From IMG/VR virus record IMGVR_UViG_3300042914_003776, positions 62,001 to 117,750 of that record: a stretch of 55,750 bases of DNA. One strand, given 5' to 3'. The position numbers and the translations under genes are program-made. This DNA comes from an uncultured virus (IMG/VR IMGVR_UViG_3300042914_003776). Its lineage: Duplodnaviria > Heunggongvirae > Uroviricota > Caudoviricetes. This document shows positions 25,373 to 34,823 of the stretch, piece after piece; within the stretch, counting starts at the first letter, position 1, and the number at the start of each line of letters is the position of its first letter. The notes under the pieces were generated by a model. That model was given only the letters and a program-made list of their open reading frames with translations. It searched no databases and was not told the DNA's origin.

Positions 25373-25870
25373 ATGGCTTGGACTACAGACTTAGTATTAT
25401 TCGTTCGTTCCCTAATAGGGGATTTGGACGCTACCAAATATAATAATGATAGGATTAAGCAGGTCATCGCCGTTTCTGCCTACCAAATGCTATCGACTAC
25501 CACTTTTTTAAATGAATATACTGTAGATATTAGTTCAGTATCGATTAGCCCGGACCCTATGGAAGATGTGGATTTTTGCTTATTAGTAGCATATAAAGCC
25601 GCTGTGATCATTATAGGGGGCGAAGTTAAAAATGCCTCTAATCAAGCTATTTCTTATAGAGAGGGCCCTAACTCGCTAGATTTGGCCGGGGTAGCCGCTG
25701 CTCTTCAGGCTCTTTATAAACAATTGTCGGCAACTTTTGAAGACTTGCTGAATGGTTATATGATGGAGCAAGGCAGTGCAAATGGTCAAGCTATATTGGG
25801 ACCATACTCGCCGGGCAGTGATTTCATTGCATTTTTCAGGGGTCAAGATCACAGAAGTAATAACCTATAG
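25373..25870 (+). CDS. Putative head-tail adaptor
   Basis: VRSLIGD..Y.ND.I N-terminus typical of gp15/gp6-like adaptors. Confidence 0.6.
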   Translation: MAWTTDLVLFVRSLIGDLDATKYNNDRIKQVIAVSAYQMLSTTTFLNEYTVDISSVSISPDPMEDVDFCLLVAYKAAVIIIGGEVKNASNQAISYREGPNSLDLAGVAAALQALYKQLSATFEDLLNGYMMEQGSANGQAILGPYSPGSDFIAFFRGQDHRSNNL

Positions 25871-25879
25871 GAGTTTTAT

Positions 25880-26101
25880 ATGCCAGACGTAGCAAAAAAA
25901 ATTATTAACGCTAACCCACAAAGGGGCGGCGGGATTGTATCAATGGCCGGGGCCAAGGCTCTTTCGGCTTCTGAAAAAATTAGTGCAAACTATGAAGTGG
26001 GCGTGCCTGTTCAAAAAGACCAGCCCGTGACCGTTATCGAGGCCCGGCTAGATACTCGTCTTGATGATGTAAGATACTATTCAGGCGATTCTTCTAGCTA
26101 A
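25880..26101 (+). CDS. Hypothetical protein
   Basis: ORF with AGGAG RBS. Confidence 0.7.
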   Translation: MPDVAKKIINANPQRGGGIVSMAGAKALSASEKISANYEVGVPVQKDQPVTVIEARLDTRLDDVRYYSGDSSS

Positions 26102-26114
26102 TTAGGGGTTATCA

Positions 26115-28010
26115 ATGGGTGCTACCAGTTTAGATTTATCACAAATAAAAACCGATGCTCTGTCTACTGCTAGCACCTTTCGTAGTTTAATTGGGCTGGG
26201 CAATGTTAATAATACGAGCGATGCTAATAAGCCCATTAGTAGCGCTACCCAGAGCGCCTTAGATGGCAAGCTGTCGCTTTCGGGCGGGACTTTAACAGGG
26301 GCTTTAAGTGGTACAAGTGCTACGTTTAGTGGTGTCCTTACTGTCGGTACAGTTGGATCAACATTAAATCGTATTGCATTTGCATCTGGCCCTAATGGTG
26401 CTGCTGGTGCTTATGACATTGTTCAAACATATCCAGAAGTAATTTTATTTAGAAGGAATCAAATTGGTTTTGCAAAATTAGAAAATAGTGTGACTGAATC
26501 TGGTTCCTATACCGGTGGATTGATGCTTACCGGAGGCGGTATATCTTGGGCAACAAATTCAACAGTCGCAAACGGTCAAGATACTCCCAATCTTTGCATC
26601 ATGCGTGATGCCGCAGATGCTCTTGCCCTTCGTCGTAGCACCAACGCCCAAACGCTTCGTATCTACGGCACCTACACCGATGCCAGCAACTATCGCAGAT
26701 TATACATATCCTCTACTACAGCAGGTGCGTTTACTCTCGGCGTAGAAGGAGCAGGGACGGGGGCGAGTGGGAATACGCTGACGGTTGCTAACGATCTAAA
26801 TATTTCTGGTTTGCAGATTACGCTAGGTGACTCTACTCATTGGCTCTATAATAGCGTCGGTACTGGCTTCGGGTTAATGTTTAGTGGATTTGGAAGCAAA
26901 TTAACTTTTAATGGCAATTTTATATTAACAGGTCGTTATACTAACCACGAACTGTATGTAGGACATCAAAACGCCAGAATAATATATGGTACACAATCGT
27001 ATACAAACACTGATACTAATAGAGTTATTGTGCAAGCGGTAGATGGGTTGCATATTAGAAATACGCCAGCAACAACAAGTGCAACGGCGTTTTTGTACAA
27101 CACCTTCACCGATGCCAGCAACTACATCCGTCAATCGCTCTCATTCACCACCTACAGCAGCACAGTTCACGCACAGCATGTAGTCGAAGGTGCTGGCACT
27201 GGGGCGGTCAACGTACCGTTTGTTATTACGCCAAGGGGTGATGGGGCTTTCATTCTGGGTCGAATGGCTGACGGAACAATCGCGGGCGGCAATCTGAGAG
27301 GTCGACTTGCTGTTGATTTGCAAATGGAACGTAGCTTTGCCAATGAAGTAGCTAGCGGGCAATACTCGGCTATAATAGGAGGGGCACAGAGTAGAGCAAG
27401 TGGATATGCTTCACTGGCGTTTGGTATTCGTGCTGTTGCAACTGGTACGGGAGCCGTAGCGATTGGCTCGGATTTGACTGCATCGGGTAACGAATCAAAC
27501 GTTATAGGAACTGACTCGGAGGCAACAAGCTTTCAATCAATGGCACTTGGTAGAGGTGCCAAGTCAGTCGTGTCAGGTCAGATAGCCTACGCCGCATGGA
27601 AGTTTTCTAGCAGAGGAGATGCTCAAGGTAGCATTTATATTTTGCTTGGAAAAACAACTAACAATACTCCAGCTTCATTGTTTTGTCAGACATGGAATAG
27701 TAGCAGACTATTGATACCATCTGGAAAACTCCTGCTGTTCACTGCAAAGATTGTCGGCGTTAAATCAGACGGCACTGCCGCAGCAACGTATTATCGCAAA
27801 GGCTGTATCGAGAACGTGGGCGGTACAACGATGCTCGTAGGCAACATAGAAACAATAGGCACAGACCACGAAGACAATCCTTTAACCGATGTTTCTATTA
27901 CGGCGGATAACACTAACGACGCCCTTGATATTAGCGTTACCGGGATAACGGGCGAAACTTGGCGGTGGGTCGCGGTTGTTGAAGGCGTAGAAGTAGCTTA
28001 TGGAACATAG
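26115..28010 (+). CDS. Fibre protein 2
   Basis: GLGNVNNTSDANKPISSATQSALDGK fibre motif; YadA-head-like A.AIG repeats. Confidence 0.82.
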   Translation: MGATSLDLSQIKTDALSTASTFRSLIGLGNVNNTSDANKPISSATQSALDGKLSLSGGTLTGALSGTSATFSGVLTVGTVGSTLNRIAFASGPNGAAGAYDIVQTYPEVILFRRNQIGFAKLENSVTESGSYTGGLMLTGGGISWATNSTVANGQDTPNLCIMRDAADALALRRSTNAQTLRIYGTYTDASNYRRLYISSTTAGAFTLGVEGAGTGASGNTLTVANDLNISGLQITLGDSTHWLYNSVGTGFGLMFSGFGSKLTFNGNFILTGRYTNHELYVGHQNARIIYGTQSYTNTDTNRVIVQAVDGLHIRNTPATTSATAFLYNTFTDASNYIRQSLSFTTYSSTVHAQHVVEGAGTGAVNVPFVITPRGDGAFILGRMADGTIAGGNLRGRLAVDLQMERSFANEVASGQYSAIIGGAQSRASGYASLAFGIRAVATGTGAVAIGSDLTASGNESNVIGTDSEATSFQSMALGRGAKSVVSGQIAYAAWKFSSRGDAQGSIYILLGKTTNNTPASLFCQTWNSSRLLIPSGKLLLFTAKIVGVKSDGTAAATYYRKGCIENVGGTTMLVGNIETIGTDHEDNPLTDVSITADNTNDALDISVTGITGETWRWVAVVEGVEVAYGT

Positions 28011-28018
28011 GAGATAAC

Positions 28019-29317
28019 ATGACACAATTCGCACCAATCTGGAATTCTTCCGGGGTTAGCTTTAACGCAATCCGGGCCAATGTGACTGATATTGCTAGTT
28101 CGGGCACTTCTACCCTGCTGGATCTTCGTGTCAATAATTCCGGGGTTTTCTCTGTTGATAAGACGGGGGCTGTTGTCTACGGGGGTGGGACTAATTTAGG
28201 AAGCACGCTGGATGGCAAGTTGAGCCTGACCGGGGGGACTCTGACAGGAGCATTGAATGGAACAAGTGCCAATTTTAATACATCGGTTCAGGTAGGTAAC
28301 GCAATAATAAGTAGCGGTATAGTGCTTGGTGGATGGGGGATTGTCTTAGGTGGTTATAATTTTTCTGCTTATCAAATTACTACTACGGGTGGTCGATGTT
28401 ATTTATTTAACAATTTTAATGTCGCTAATAACTTTGGCTATACATTCTCTGCTAATACCGCAGGTAATGGCGCTGAAGAATTTGGGCTATACCGCAATGG
28501 GTCGCATACCTTAATGCAAGTGGGCGGAGCAAATGCCCAACGCTTCAATCTCTACGGCACTTATACCGATGGCTCCAACTATCGCAGATTATACATATCC
28601 TCTACTACCGCTGGGGCTTTTACGTTAGGAGTTGAAGGAGCGGGAACGGGTGCGAGCGGTAATACGCTGAACATCGGCCCGGGTATTACTATTGATCGTG
28701 GTGGTTTTCTCATAAGTGTTGAATCTTCGCTTATATTAGCCACCACAGTATTACAGTTAAATTCAGACACAGGTCAGTTACGAGGGAGAAATGGTCGAAT
28801 AATTCTCTCTGACAATGCAACTGGAAGCACTTTTGATTTATTGAGATTTGGTGGGATTACCAGTTCTTTCCCCGCCATTAAGCGCAATGCTGCTGCAATC
28901 AATTTTCGCCTTGCCGATGATAGTGCCGATGCCGCAATAACAGCAGGCAATGGGACTTTTTCCGGAGCTTTATCTGCTGTAACCAAGTCCTTCTTGATCG
29001 ATCACCCCACACAGCCGGGCAAGAAACTTCAGTACGGCAGTTTAGAATCGCCCTATCACGGCATCAGACTAACAGGCCGGGCCCAGCTTGTAAACGGCTC
29101 TTGCGTAGTCGAATTGCCGGGCTATGTATCGGCCCTAGTCCATGACGATATTAATATTCAGCTTACTCCGGTGGGTAGAAATGTGGTCTGGGTCGAGGGG
29201 CACGATTTAGAGTCTAATACATTTACGGCCCGGGGCGATCAGGACGGCATGTTCTACTGGTCATTTACCGCCGTAAGAAAAGATATTGAGCCGCTTGAGG
29301 TAGAGCCGTGGGCATAA
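28019..29317 (+). CDS. Fibre protein 3 with C-terminal intramolecular chaperone-like domain
   Basis: KSFLIDHP..KKLQYGSLESP..IQLTP C-terminus. Confidence 0.8.
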   Translation: MTQFAPIWNSSGVSFNAIRANVTDIASSGTSTLLDLRVNNSGVFSVDKTGAVVYGGGTNLGSTLDGKLSLTGGTLTGALNGTSANFNTSVQVGNAIISSGIVLGGWGIVLGGYNFSAYQITTTGGRCYLFNNFNVANNFGYTFSANTAGNGAEEFGLYRNGSHTLMQVGGANAQRFNLYGTYTDGSNYRRLYISSTTAGAFTLGVEGAGTGASGNTLNIGPGITIDRGGFLISVESSLILATTVLQLNSDTGQLRGRNGRIILSDNATGSTFDLLRFGGITSSFPAIKRNAAAINFRLADDSADAAITAGNGTFSGALSAVTKSFLIDHPTQPGKKLQYGSLESPYHGIRLTGRAQLVNGSCVVELPGYVSALVHDDINIQLTPVGRNVVWVEGHDLESNTFTARGDQDGMFYWSFTAVRKDIEPLEVEPWA

Positions 29318-30033
29318 TATATAATTCGCTTACACCAACAGATGGGCTAGTATTATCACTAGATAGTGCCAATCGCCGTAGCTATCCGGGGTCTGGAAAT
29401 ACTTGGCTCGATTTAAGCGGAAATAATAATCATGGAACTTTAACGGGCGGCGTAACTTATAACGGATTTACCATGAATTTTGATGGAATAGATGACAGAG
29501 TTATAACACCTATCACTCAAACATATTCCCTGTTTACTTTGTCGTGTTGGTTTTTAAATAGTCAAGATTTAGCAAAAGATAATAGAACATTAATAAGCAA
29601 AAACTCTTATTATGCTAATACTGAAAATGATTGGCCTATTTCTTTATCTGTTGGTAGTGCTGGTACTGCTATAGGCATTGTTATAACTTCCGGAACGAGT
29701 TTTTTTGTAACGACGCCAAGCACTGGTTCTGCTATATCTACTTCAATAAGCGGCCTAGGAAAATGGTTTCATGCTGCCGCAACATATGATAGAAATAATT
29801 TACGTTTATATATTAATGGTATATTAACTAACTCTACCGCTAATACTATAGCTTTACCAAATAACACCGGAAGAGCTTATACTATAGGCAGAGCCCCTTT
29901 TGAAAGAGATGGTGGATTAAATAAAACAGCGTTCAACAGTTCTATTGATGATGTTCGTATTTATAGCAGGGCCCTTTCCGCAGCCGAGATTATGATCTTA
30001 TTTAACGCCAAACGCAGGAGGTACGGCCTCTAA
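29308..30033 (+). CDS. LamG/ConA-like lectin protein A2
   Basis: GTG start; conserved termini. Confidence 0.88.
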   Translation: MGIIYNSLTPTDGLVLSLDSANRRSYPGSGNTWLDLSGNNNHGTLTGGVTYNGFTMNFDGIDDRVITPITQTYSLFTLSCWFLNSQDLAKDNRTLISKNSYYANTENDWPISLSVGSAGTAIGIVITSGTSFFVTTPSTGSAISTSISGLGKWFHAAATYDRNNLRLYINGILTNSTANTIALPNNTGRAYTIGRAPFERDGGLNKTAFNSSIDDVRIYSRALSAAEIMILFNAKRRRYGL

Positions 30034-30740
30034 TGGGACTATTACACTCACCCCTCGCCCCTACTGATGGGCTTGTATTATGTTTAGACTCGGCTAATCG
30101 CCGTAGTTACCCCGGGTCTGGTAATACTTGGTTTGACTTAAGTGGTAATGGTAATAATGGTACATTGATAAATGGTGCTAGCTATAATGGACTTGCTATG
30201 AATTTTGATGGAGCGGATGATAGGGTAAATGTTTTAAGAATATCTCAATATGAATCTACGAGATTTTCTGCATCTTGCTGGATACTACTTAACCCTACGA
30301 CAGAAAATTCTAACAGGTCTATTTTCGGTTCATTTGCATTTGATGGAACAAATTTTACCGGAGGATGGATAATAGGCAAAAGACGATCTGATGCAACTGA
30401 TGGTAATGCAAACAAATTGTTTTGGATATATAAAACAGCAACTACAGCTCTTGCATCTTATTCAATTGATTTAGCTCAAACTAGAAGGTTTTTTCATGCT
30501 GCCTTGACATATGATGGATCTAGGTTTATAGGATATATAAATGGGATACAGCAATTTTCTGATGCTCAAACTTATATTCCAAATACTCAAAGAAATTTAT
30601 CGGTTGGAGGAAATGATTGGGGCGGATTCGATGTTAACCATTCTGGCCTGTTGGATGATTGCCGCATTTATAATCGTGCTCTGAATGCAGTTGAGGTAGG
30701 CGCTCTTTTTAATGCCAAGCGCAAGAGGTACGGCCTATGA
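30033..30740 (+). CDS. LamG/ConA-like lectin protein C2
   Basis: Conserved termini. Confidence 0.88.
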   Translation: MGLLHSPLAPTDGLVLCLDSANRRSYPGSGNTWFDLSGNGNNGTLINGASYNGLAMNFDGADDRVNVLRISQYESTRFSASCWILLNPTTENSNRSIFGSFAFDGTNFTGGWIIGKRRSDATDGNANKLFWIYKTATTALASYSIDLAQTRRFFHAALTYDGSRFIGYINGIQQFSDAQTYIPNTQRNLSVGGNDWGGFDVNHSGLLDDCRIYNRALNAVEVGALFNAKRKRYGL

Positions 30741-31438
30741 GCATATTCTCTGGTAAAGATCCAAACTGGGTAGCTAAAAGAGGCACAGTCACAAACGGGC
30801 TTGTGGGCCACTGGGACAGCATGGTTATGTCGGCGGCAGACCGGGCTGGTAATAGGTGGCTTGATATTAGTGGCAATAATAATCATGGCACATTAGTCGG
30901 CGGGGCGAGTTTTGATAGAATTGGTTGTAGTTTTGATGGGTCGAATGATTATGCGAGCTTTGGTTTTGGTGGCATTGGGAAATTAACAAATTCTCAAGCA
31001 ACTGTTTCTGTTTGGGTTAATCCTGCAACTGTTTCGGTTAGGCAAGCTATTATTGCGGATTGGAGTTCAGGAGGAATAGCAGAGTCGTTTGCATTACAAA
31101 TTTCTTCAGTAGGTAGAATTGGTATTTTTGTAAGAAGTCAAACAGCCATAATCCAAGAAACATCTATAGACTCAATCTCTACTAATACTTGGACTAATTT
31201 GATTGCTACTGCGGGGAATAACGGATTATATGTCTATAAAAATGGTGTTCAGGTTTATGCAAACGCAACGTCGATACCCTTAACTAACGGAATTACAACT
31301 TCAATCGGGCGAGCAGGAGCGCTTGATGGCTTGTATTATCAGGGTCAAATTGATGATGTCCGCATCTACAATCGCGCCCTATCAGCCGCAGAAATATTAA
31401 GAAACTTCAACGCAACCAGAGCCCGGTTTGGTGTTTAG
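30737..31438 (+). CDS. LamG/ConA-like lectin protein B2
   Basis: GLVGHWD..WLDISGNNNHGTL..DDVRIYNRALS. Confidence 0.88.
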   Translation: MSIFSGKDPNWVAKRGTVTNGLVGHWDSMVMSAADRAGNRWLDISGNNNHGTLVGGASFDRIGCSFDGSNDYASFGFGGIGKLTNSQATVSVWVNPATVSVRQAIIADWSSGGIAESFALQISSVGRIGIFVRSQTAIIQETSIDSISTNTWTNLIATAGNNGLYVYKNGVQVYANATSIPLTNGITTSIGRAGALDGLYYQGQIDDVRIYNRALSAAEILRNFNATRARFGV

Positions 31439-31443
31439 GTGTA
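31438..31443 (+). promoter_or_regulatory. Putative late promoter motif GGTGTA
   Basis: Directly before RBS of fibre 4. Confidence 0.5.
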
Positions 31444-31465
31444 TATCATAAAAGGAGGACTTTAA

Positions 31466-33757
31466 ATGCCACAAGATATATTAATTACGCCAACAAGCGG
31501 CGAGCCACAAATCCTTTTTAGAGGTAGTGGGGCCCTAGATACCGCAATACAACTTAATGTACTTTCGTCTTATCAAAGTGCATCTCGGTCCGGCACGGCC
31601 CTAGTCTTTGAAGGTACAGAGGGGCAGTTGTTCGCTATTACGGACAACCTATCTAGTGGCGTTATTTTTGCCGTTGGAGATGTGACGGGGCTTCCTCTTG
31701 TTAAAGTAGACGCTAGTGGGGATGTAACACTAGCCGAGTATGGTCGTTTTGTGGGTGTAGGCACGGGCGTACCCAGATTTCACCTAGATGTCCGGGGCAC
31801 TGGAAACTTCAGTACTGCCGTTGTGACCAATAATGCCACCGTTAACGGAAACTTGGGCGTATCAAACAGTAGCCCGGGCGCTAAGGCCCATATTAATACT
31901 TTAGTAAGCACAAATAAGGGCTTAATAGTTCAGGGGGCCGCTGCTCAATCGGCCAACTTGCAGGAGTGGCAGAATTCGGCCGGGGCCGTTATTGCTTCTA
32001 TCGATAAGGACGGGGATATCACGGCTCCTACCGGGACCTTTAACTTTGTCCAGCTAACTAGCACATTGCCCCGACAGTCCGGGCTGTTATTTTTAGATAC
32101 CGGGGGCTTCCTTAATACCTCCCCCAACCTAATATACAATTATTCGAACTTGGCCTCGCCCAAATTGGCGTTCCGGGCCTCTGGTACTACAACCCCTGAT
32201 ATTTCTCTTAATATACTAACGACCGCAAGTGGGTCCACTTCGGGCGTACAAACCCTGTCTTTTGAAGGGTCGGCCGGGCAGTTATTCTCTATCACTGACG
32301 TATTAAACAGTGGTACTATCTTCGGGGTTAACGATATATCCGGGCTACCTATATTAGAGGCTGATGCCACCGGGCTTGTATCTCTGGCTCGCTTTGGTAC
32401 GGGTATTGAGGCGTATAGGGCTATAAATGCGAGAGAGGGTGTAAACACTTCTTTAATTTCGTCAACCGGAAACGTGAGACTAAATTCTACATTATTAACG
32501 CTTAGCGGTACAACATCTTCTTTTCCAGCAATTAAACGCAATGCTGCTGCAATCAATTTTCGCCTTGCCGATGATAGCGGAGATGCAGAAATTACGGCTG
32601 GTACAGGCAGATTTAGTGGTGCGATTTATAATGTAGGGCCAATATATAATACGAGTAGTGCAAGTAGCAATGTTTACGCTATGTATGCTAGTCAGTATGG
32701 CTATGCATTTATGCGTTTTGATAATTGGAAAACAATTACTTTCAATGCTGGTGAGTCTACTGCCTACGAGCATTCAATAAGTATTGCAGGCTGGAGATTA
32801 AATACAAATAGCAATGGAAGCGCTTATTTACATACTGATGCCGCTAATATATTTGCACAACGCAATAGCACCAACGCCCAAACGCTTCGACTCTACGGCA
32901 CTTATACCGATGCCTCCAACTACCGCAGACTCTACCTATCCAGCACTACAGCAGGTGCGTTTACTCTCGGCGTAGAAGGAGCAGGGACGGGGGCGAGTGG
33001 GAATACGCTGAATTTTTCAGTTACTAGTGGAGTTAACCAATTAGCGATTTTGCCTGACGAGATACGGGCTAGTAGTTCCGGTGGCAATAACTTAATCAGA
33101 GTAAACCAAAGTGCTGGTAATTCTGCTATTGCTATTGGTCATAATTCAAGTCTAGTCGCACAGGCTACTATTGTTGGTGTAGGATCAACCGGAGATGCAT
33201 TTATGAGCATAATTGCCATAGGTACATCTAACAATGTCACCGGTGGGGCTTCTGTATGTATAGGCCGTGAAAGCTCAGTAACGGGCCATGAGTCTATAGG
33301 TCTGGGACGGGGGATAAATCTAGCTCGTTCTTGTACTTTGGGATATTCTATTGGTTCTGGCAACTATAATGATACAACAACCATAGCGAGTATCGTAACA
33401 ACAGATAACACTCCCACAACATTAAAATGCAGATGGTATGGAGGAACAAATAACTTTATTATTCCGTCTGGAAGAGCGTTGTTTTTTGTAGCACATATTT
33501 GTGGCATTAAATCAGACGGTTCTGCTGTTGCAAGTTATATAAGAAGAGGATGCATAAAAAATATAGGTGGTACTACTTCTTTAGTTGGAACTATTGAAAC
33601 CATTGGAACAGATTACGAAGACAATGCGGCAACCGATGTTGCCATTACAGCAGACAATACCAATGATGCTTTGCAAATTGATGTTACCGGTATTACAGGC
33701 GAAACTTGGAGATGGCAGGCTTCTGTAAAATCGGTTGAAATGATCTATGGAACCTAG
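31466..33757 (+). CDS. Fibre protein 4 (mosaic of modules shared with fibres 1-3)
   Basis: Shared protein and DNA blocks, see findings. Confidence 0.82.
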   Translation: MPQDILITPTSGEPQILFRGSGALDTAIQLNVLSSYQSASRSGTALVFEGTEGQLFAITDNLSSGVIFAVGDVTGLPLVKVDASGDVTLAEYGRFVGVGTGVPRFHLDVRGTGNFSTAVVTNNATVNGNLGVSNSSPGAKAHINTLVSTNKGLIVQGAAAQSANLQEWQNSAGAVIASIDKDGDITAPTGTFNFVQLTSTLPRQSGLLFLDTGGFLNTSPNLIYNYSNLASPKLAFRASGTTTPDISLNILTTASGSTSGVQTLSFEGSAGQLFSITDVLNSGTIFGVNDISGLPILEADATGLVSLARFGTGIEAYRAINAREGVNTSLISSTGNVRLNSTLLTLSGTTSSFPAIKRNAAAINFRLADDSGDAEITAGTGRFSGAIYNVGPIYNTSSASSNVYAMYASQYGYAFMRFDNWKTITFNAGESTAYEHSISIAGWRLNTNSNGSAYLHTDAANIFAQRNSTNAQTLRLYGTYTDASNYRRLYLSSTTAGAFTLGVEGAGTGASGNTLNFSVTSGVNQLAILPDEIRASSSGGNNLIRVNQSAGNSAIAIGHNSSLVAQATIVGVGSTGDAFMSIIAIGTSNNVTGGASVCIGRESSVTGHESIGLGRGINLARSCTLGYSIGSGNYNDTTTIASIVTTDNTPTTLKCRWYGGTNNFIIPSGRALFFVAHICGIKSDGSAVASYIRRGCIKNIGGTTSLVGTIETIGTDYEDNAATDVAITADNTNDALQIDVTGITGETWRWQASVKSVEMIYGT

Positions 33758-33803
33758 GAGTTTTTATGCCCAAAGCTGTTTTGAAATTAAATAAGGCCCA
33801 AAT

Positions 33804-33809
33804 TGTGTA
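33804..33809 (+). promoter_or_regulatory. Putative late promoter motif TGTGTA
   Basis: Upstream of 33829 gene. Confidence 0.55.
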
Positions 33810-33828
33810 ATCCTATTAGGAGGACAAC

Positions 33829-34233
33829 ATGGCTACTCAAACATTAGAATTTTCTGCCGGGACCGGCTTAACACTAAACTGTAAAATATTTGCTTTGGGC
33901 TCAAATACCATTGTAGCTACTGCTATCGCTACAGAGAAAACCAATGACCAAAACAGATATACGGTTGCTTATACCGATCTTCCGGCTGGGGCCTATAGAC
34001 TGAACGCCTTTGTTGGGTCAGCGCCCGGCTTTGCTAATGAGGTTTATGATTTAACCTTAACTACGGCCACCTTTTATCCTCGCTCAGAATATTCAACCAT
34101 ATCAAGTGATGTAACCAGTATTAAGAATAATGTGGATGCTATCAAGGCTAAAACCGACAATTTACCGGCAAGCCCAGCTTCTACGGCAGATATTACATCG
34201 CTACAAAATAACGCACCAACGGAGGTCTTTTAA
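33829..34233 (+). CDS. Hypothetical virion protein
   Basis: C-terminal AIKAKTDNLP..DITSLQNNAP.E.F shared with 34816..36504. Confidence 0.8.
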   Translation: MATQTLEFSAGTGLTLNCKIFALGSNTIVATAIATEKTNDQNRYTVAYTDLPAGAYRLNAFVGSAPGFANEVYDLTLTTATFYPRSEYSTISSDVTSIKNNVDAIKAKTDNLPASPASTADITSLQNNAPTEVF

Positions 34234-34823
34234 TGACACTAGTAGAATTAGTAAATTCTGGAAATTATTCATCTATAGAAGAAGCACATCAGGCAATTAC
34301 GGCCAAAAACATTCCAGTAGCCGACCCAGATAGATGGGACTGGGCCGATATTAATGACCTATTGGGCCCGGTTGTAGCCGACCAAATGCTACAGTTTCTA
34401 GAGACCCATAGCATGCGCTCTATCGCCCTTCAGTTGGGCGGTGACGGGGTTGTTATGTCAGACCCCAGAGTTCAGGAAGTTTTAAAGCAGATGGGCACCC
34501 AAATTCCGGGCGCTTTAACTTTGGTTCAAAAAACCCTGTCTTATACTTCTTTATATGAAATGCACGGATTGCCAGAGCCTACTATCCATGAAGTATCAGA
34601 TGCTTGGAATTGGGTTGGTGTAGAGCCAGATTCTTGGGGTGATGAAGTTTTATTAACGCTAAATAAACAGGCTGATAACTCGGTCAATTGCTTTATGAGG
34701 GTTACTAAAGTTGGCTTTAAAGATGGCAAGGAAGTTGTGAGAGATACCCCAGCCGTAACTGTTAATGATAACATGCTGAATCATGCTGTTTTATCTTTAG
34801 TAGAAAGGTTTATAAATGGCTGA
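34233..34823 (+). CDS. Hypothetical protein
   Basis: TAATG coupling to upstream gene. Confidence 0.75.
   Translation: MTLVELVNSGNYSSIEEAHQAITAKNIPVADPDRWDWADINDLLGPVVADQMLQFLETHSMRSIALQLGGDGVVMSDPRVQEVLKQMGTQIPGALTLVQKTLSYTSLYEMHGLPEPTIHEVSDAWNWVGVEPDSWGDEVLLTLNKQADNSVNCFMRVTKVGFKDGKEVVRDTPAVTVNDNMLNHAVLSLVERFING

Noticed and set aside
26638..33011. Diversity-generating retroelement TR/VR pair among repeated fibre segments
   Set aside because: Mismatches are mostly synonymous and not adenine-specific, all copies are within ORFs, and no reverse transcriptase is present in the window
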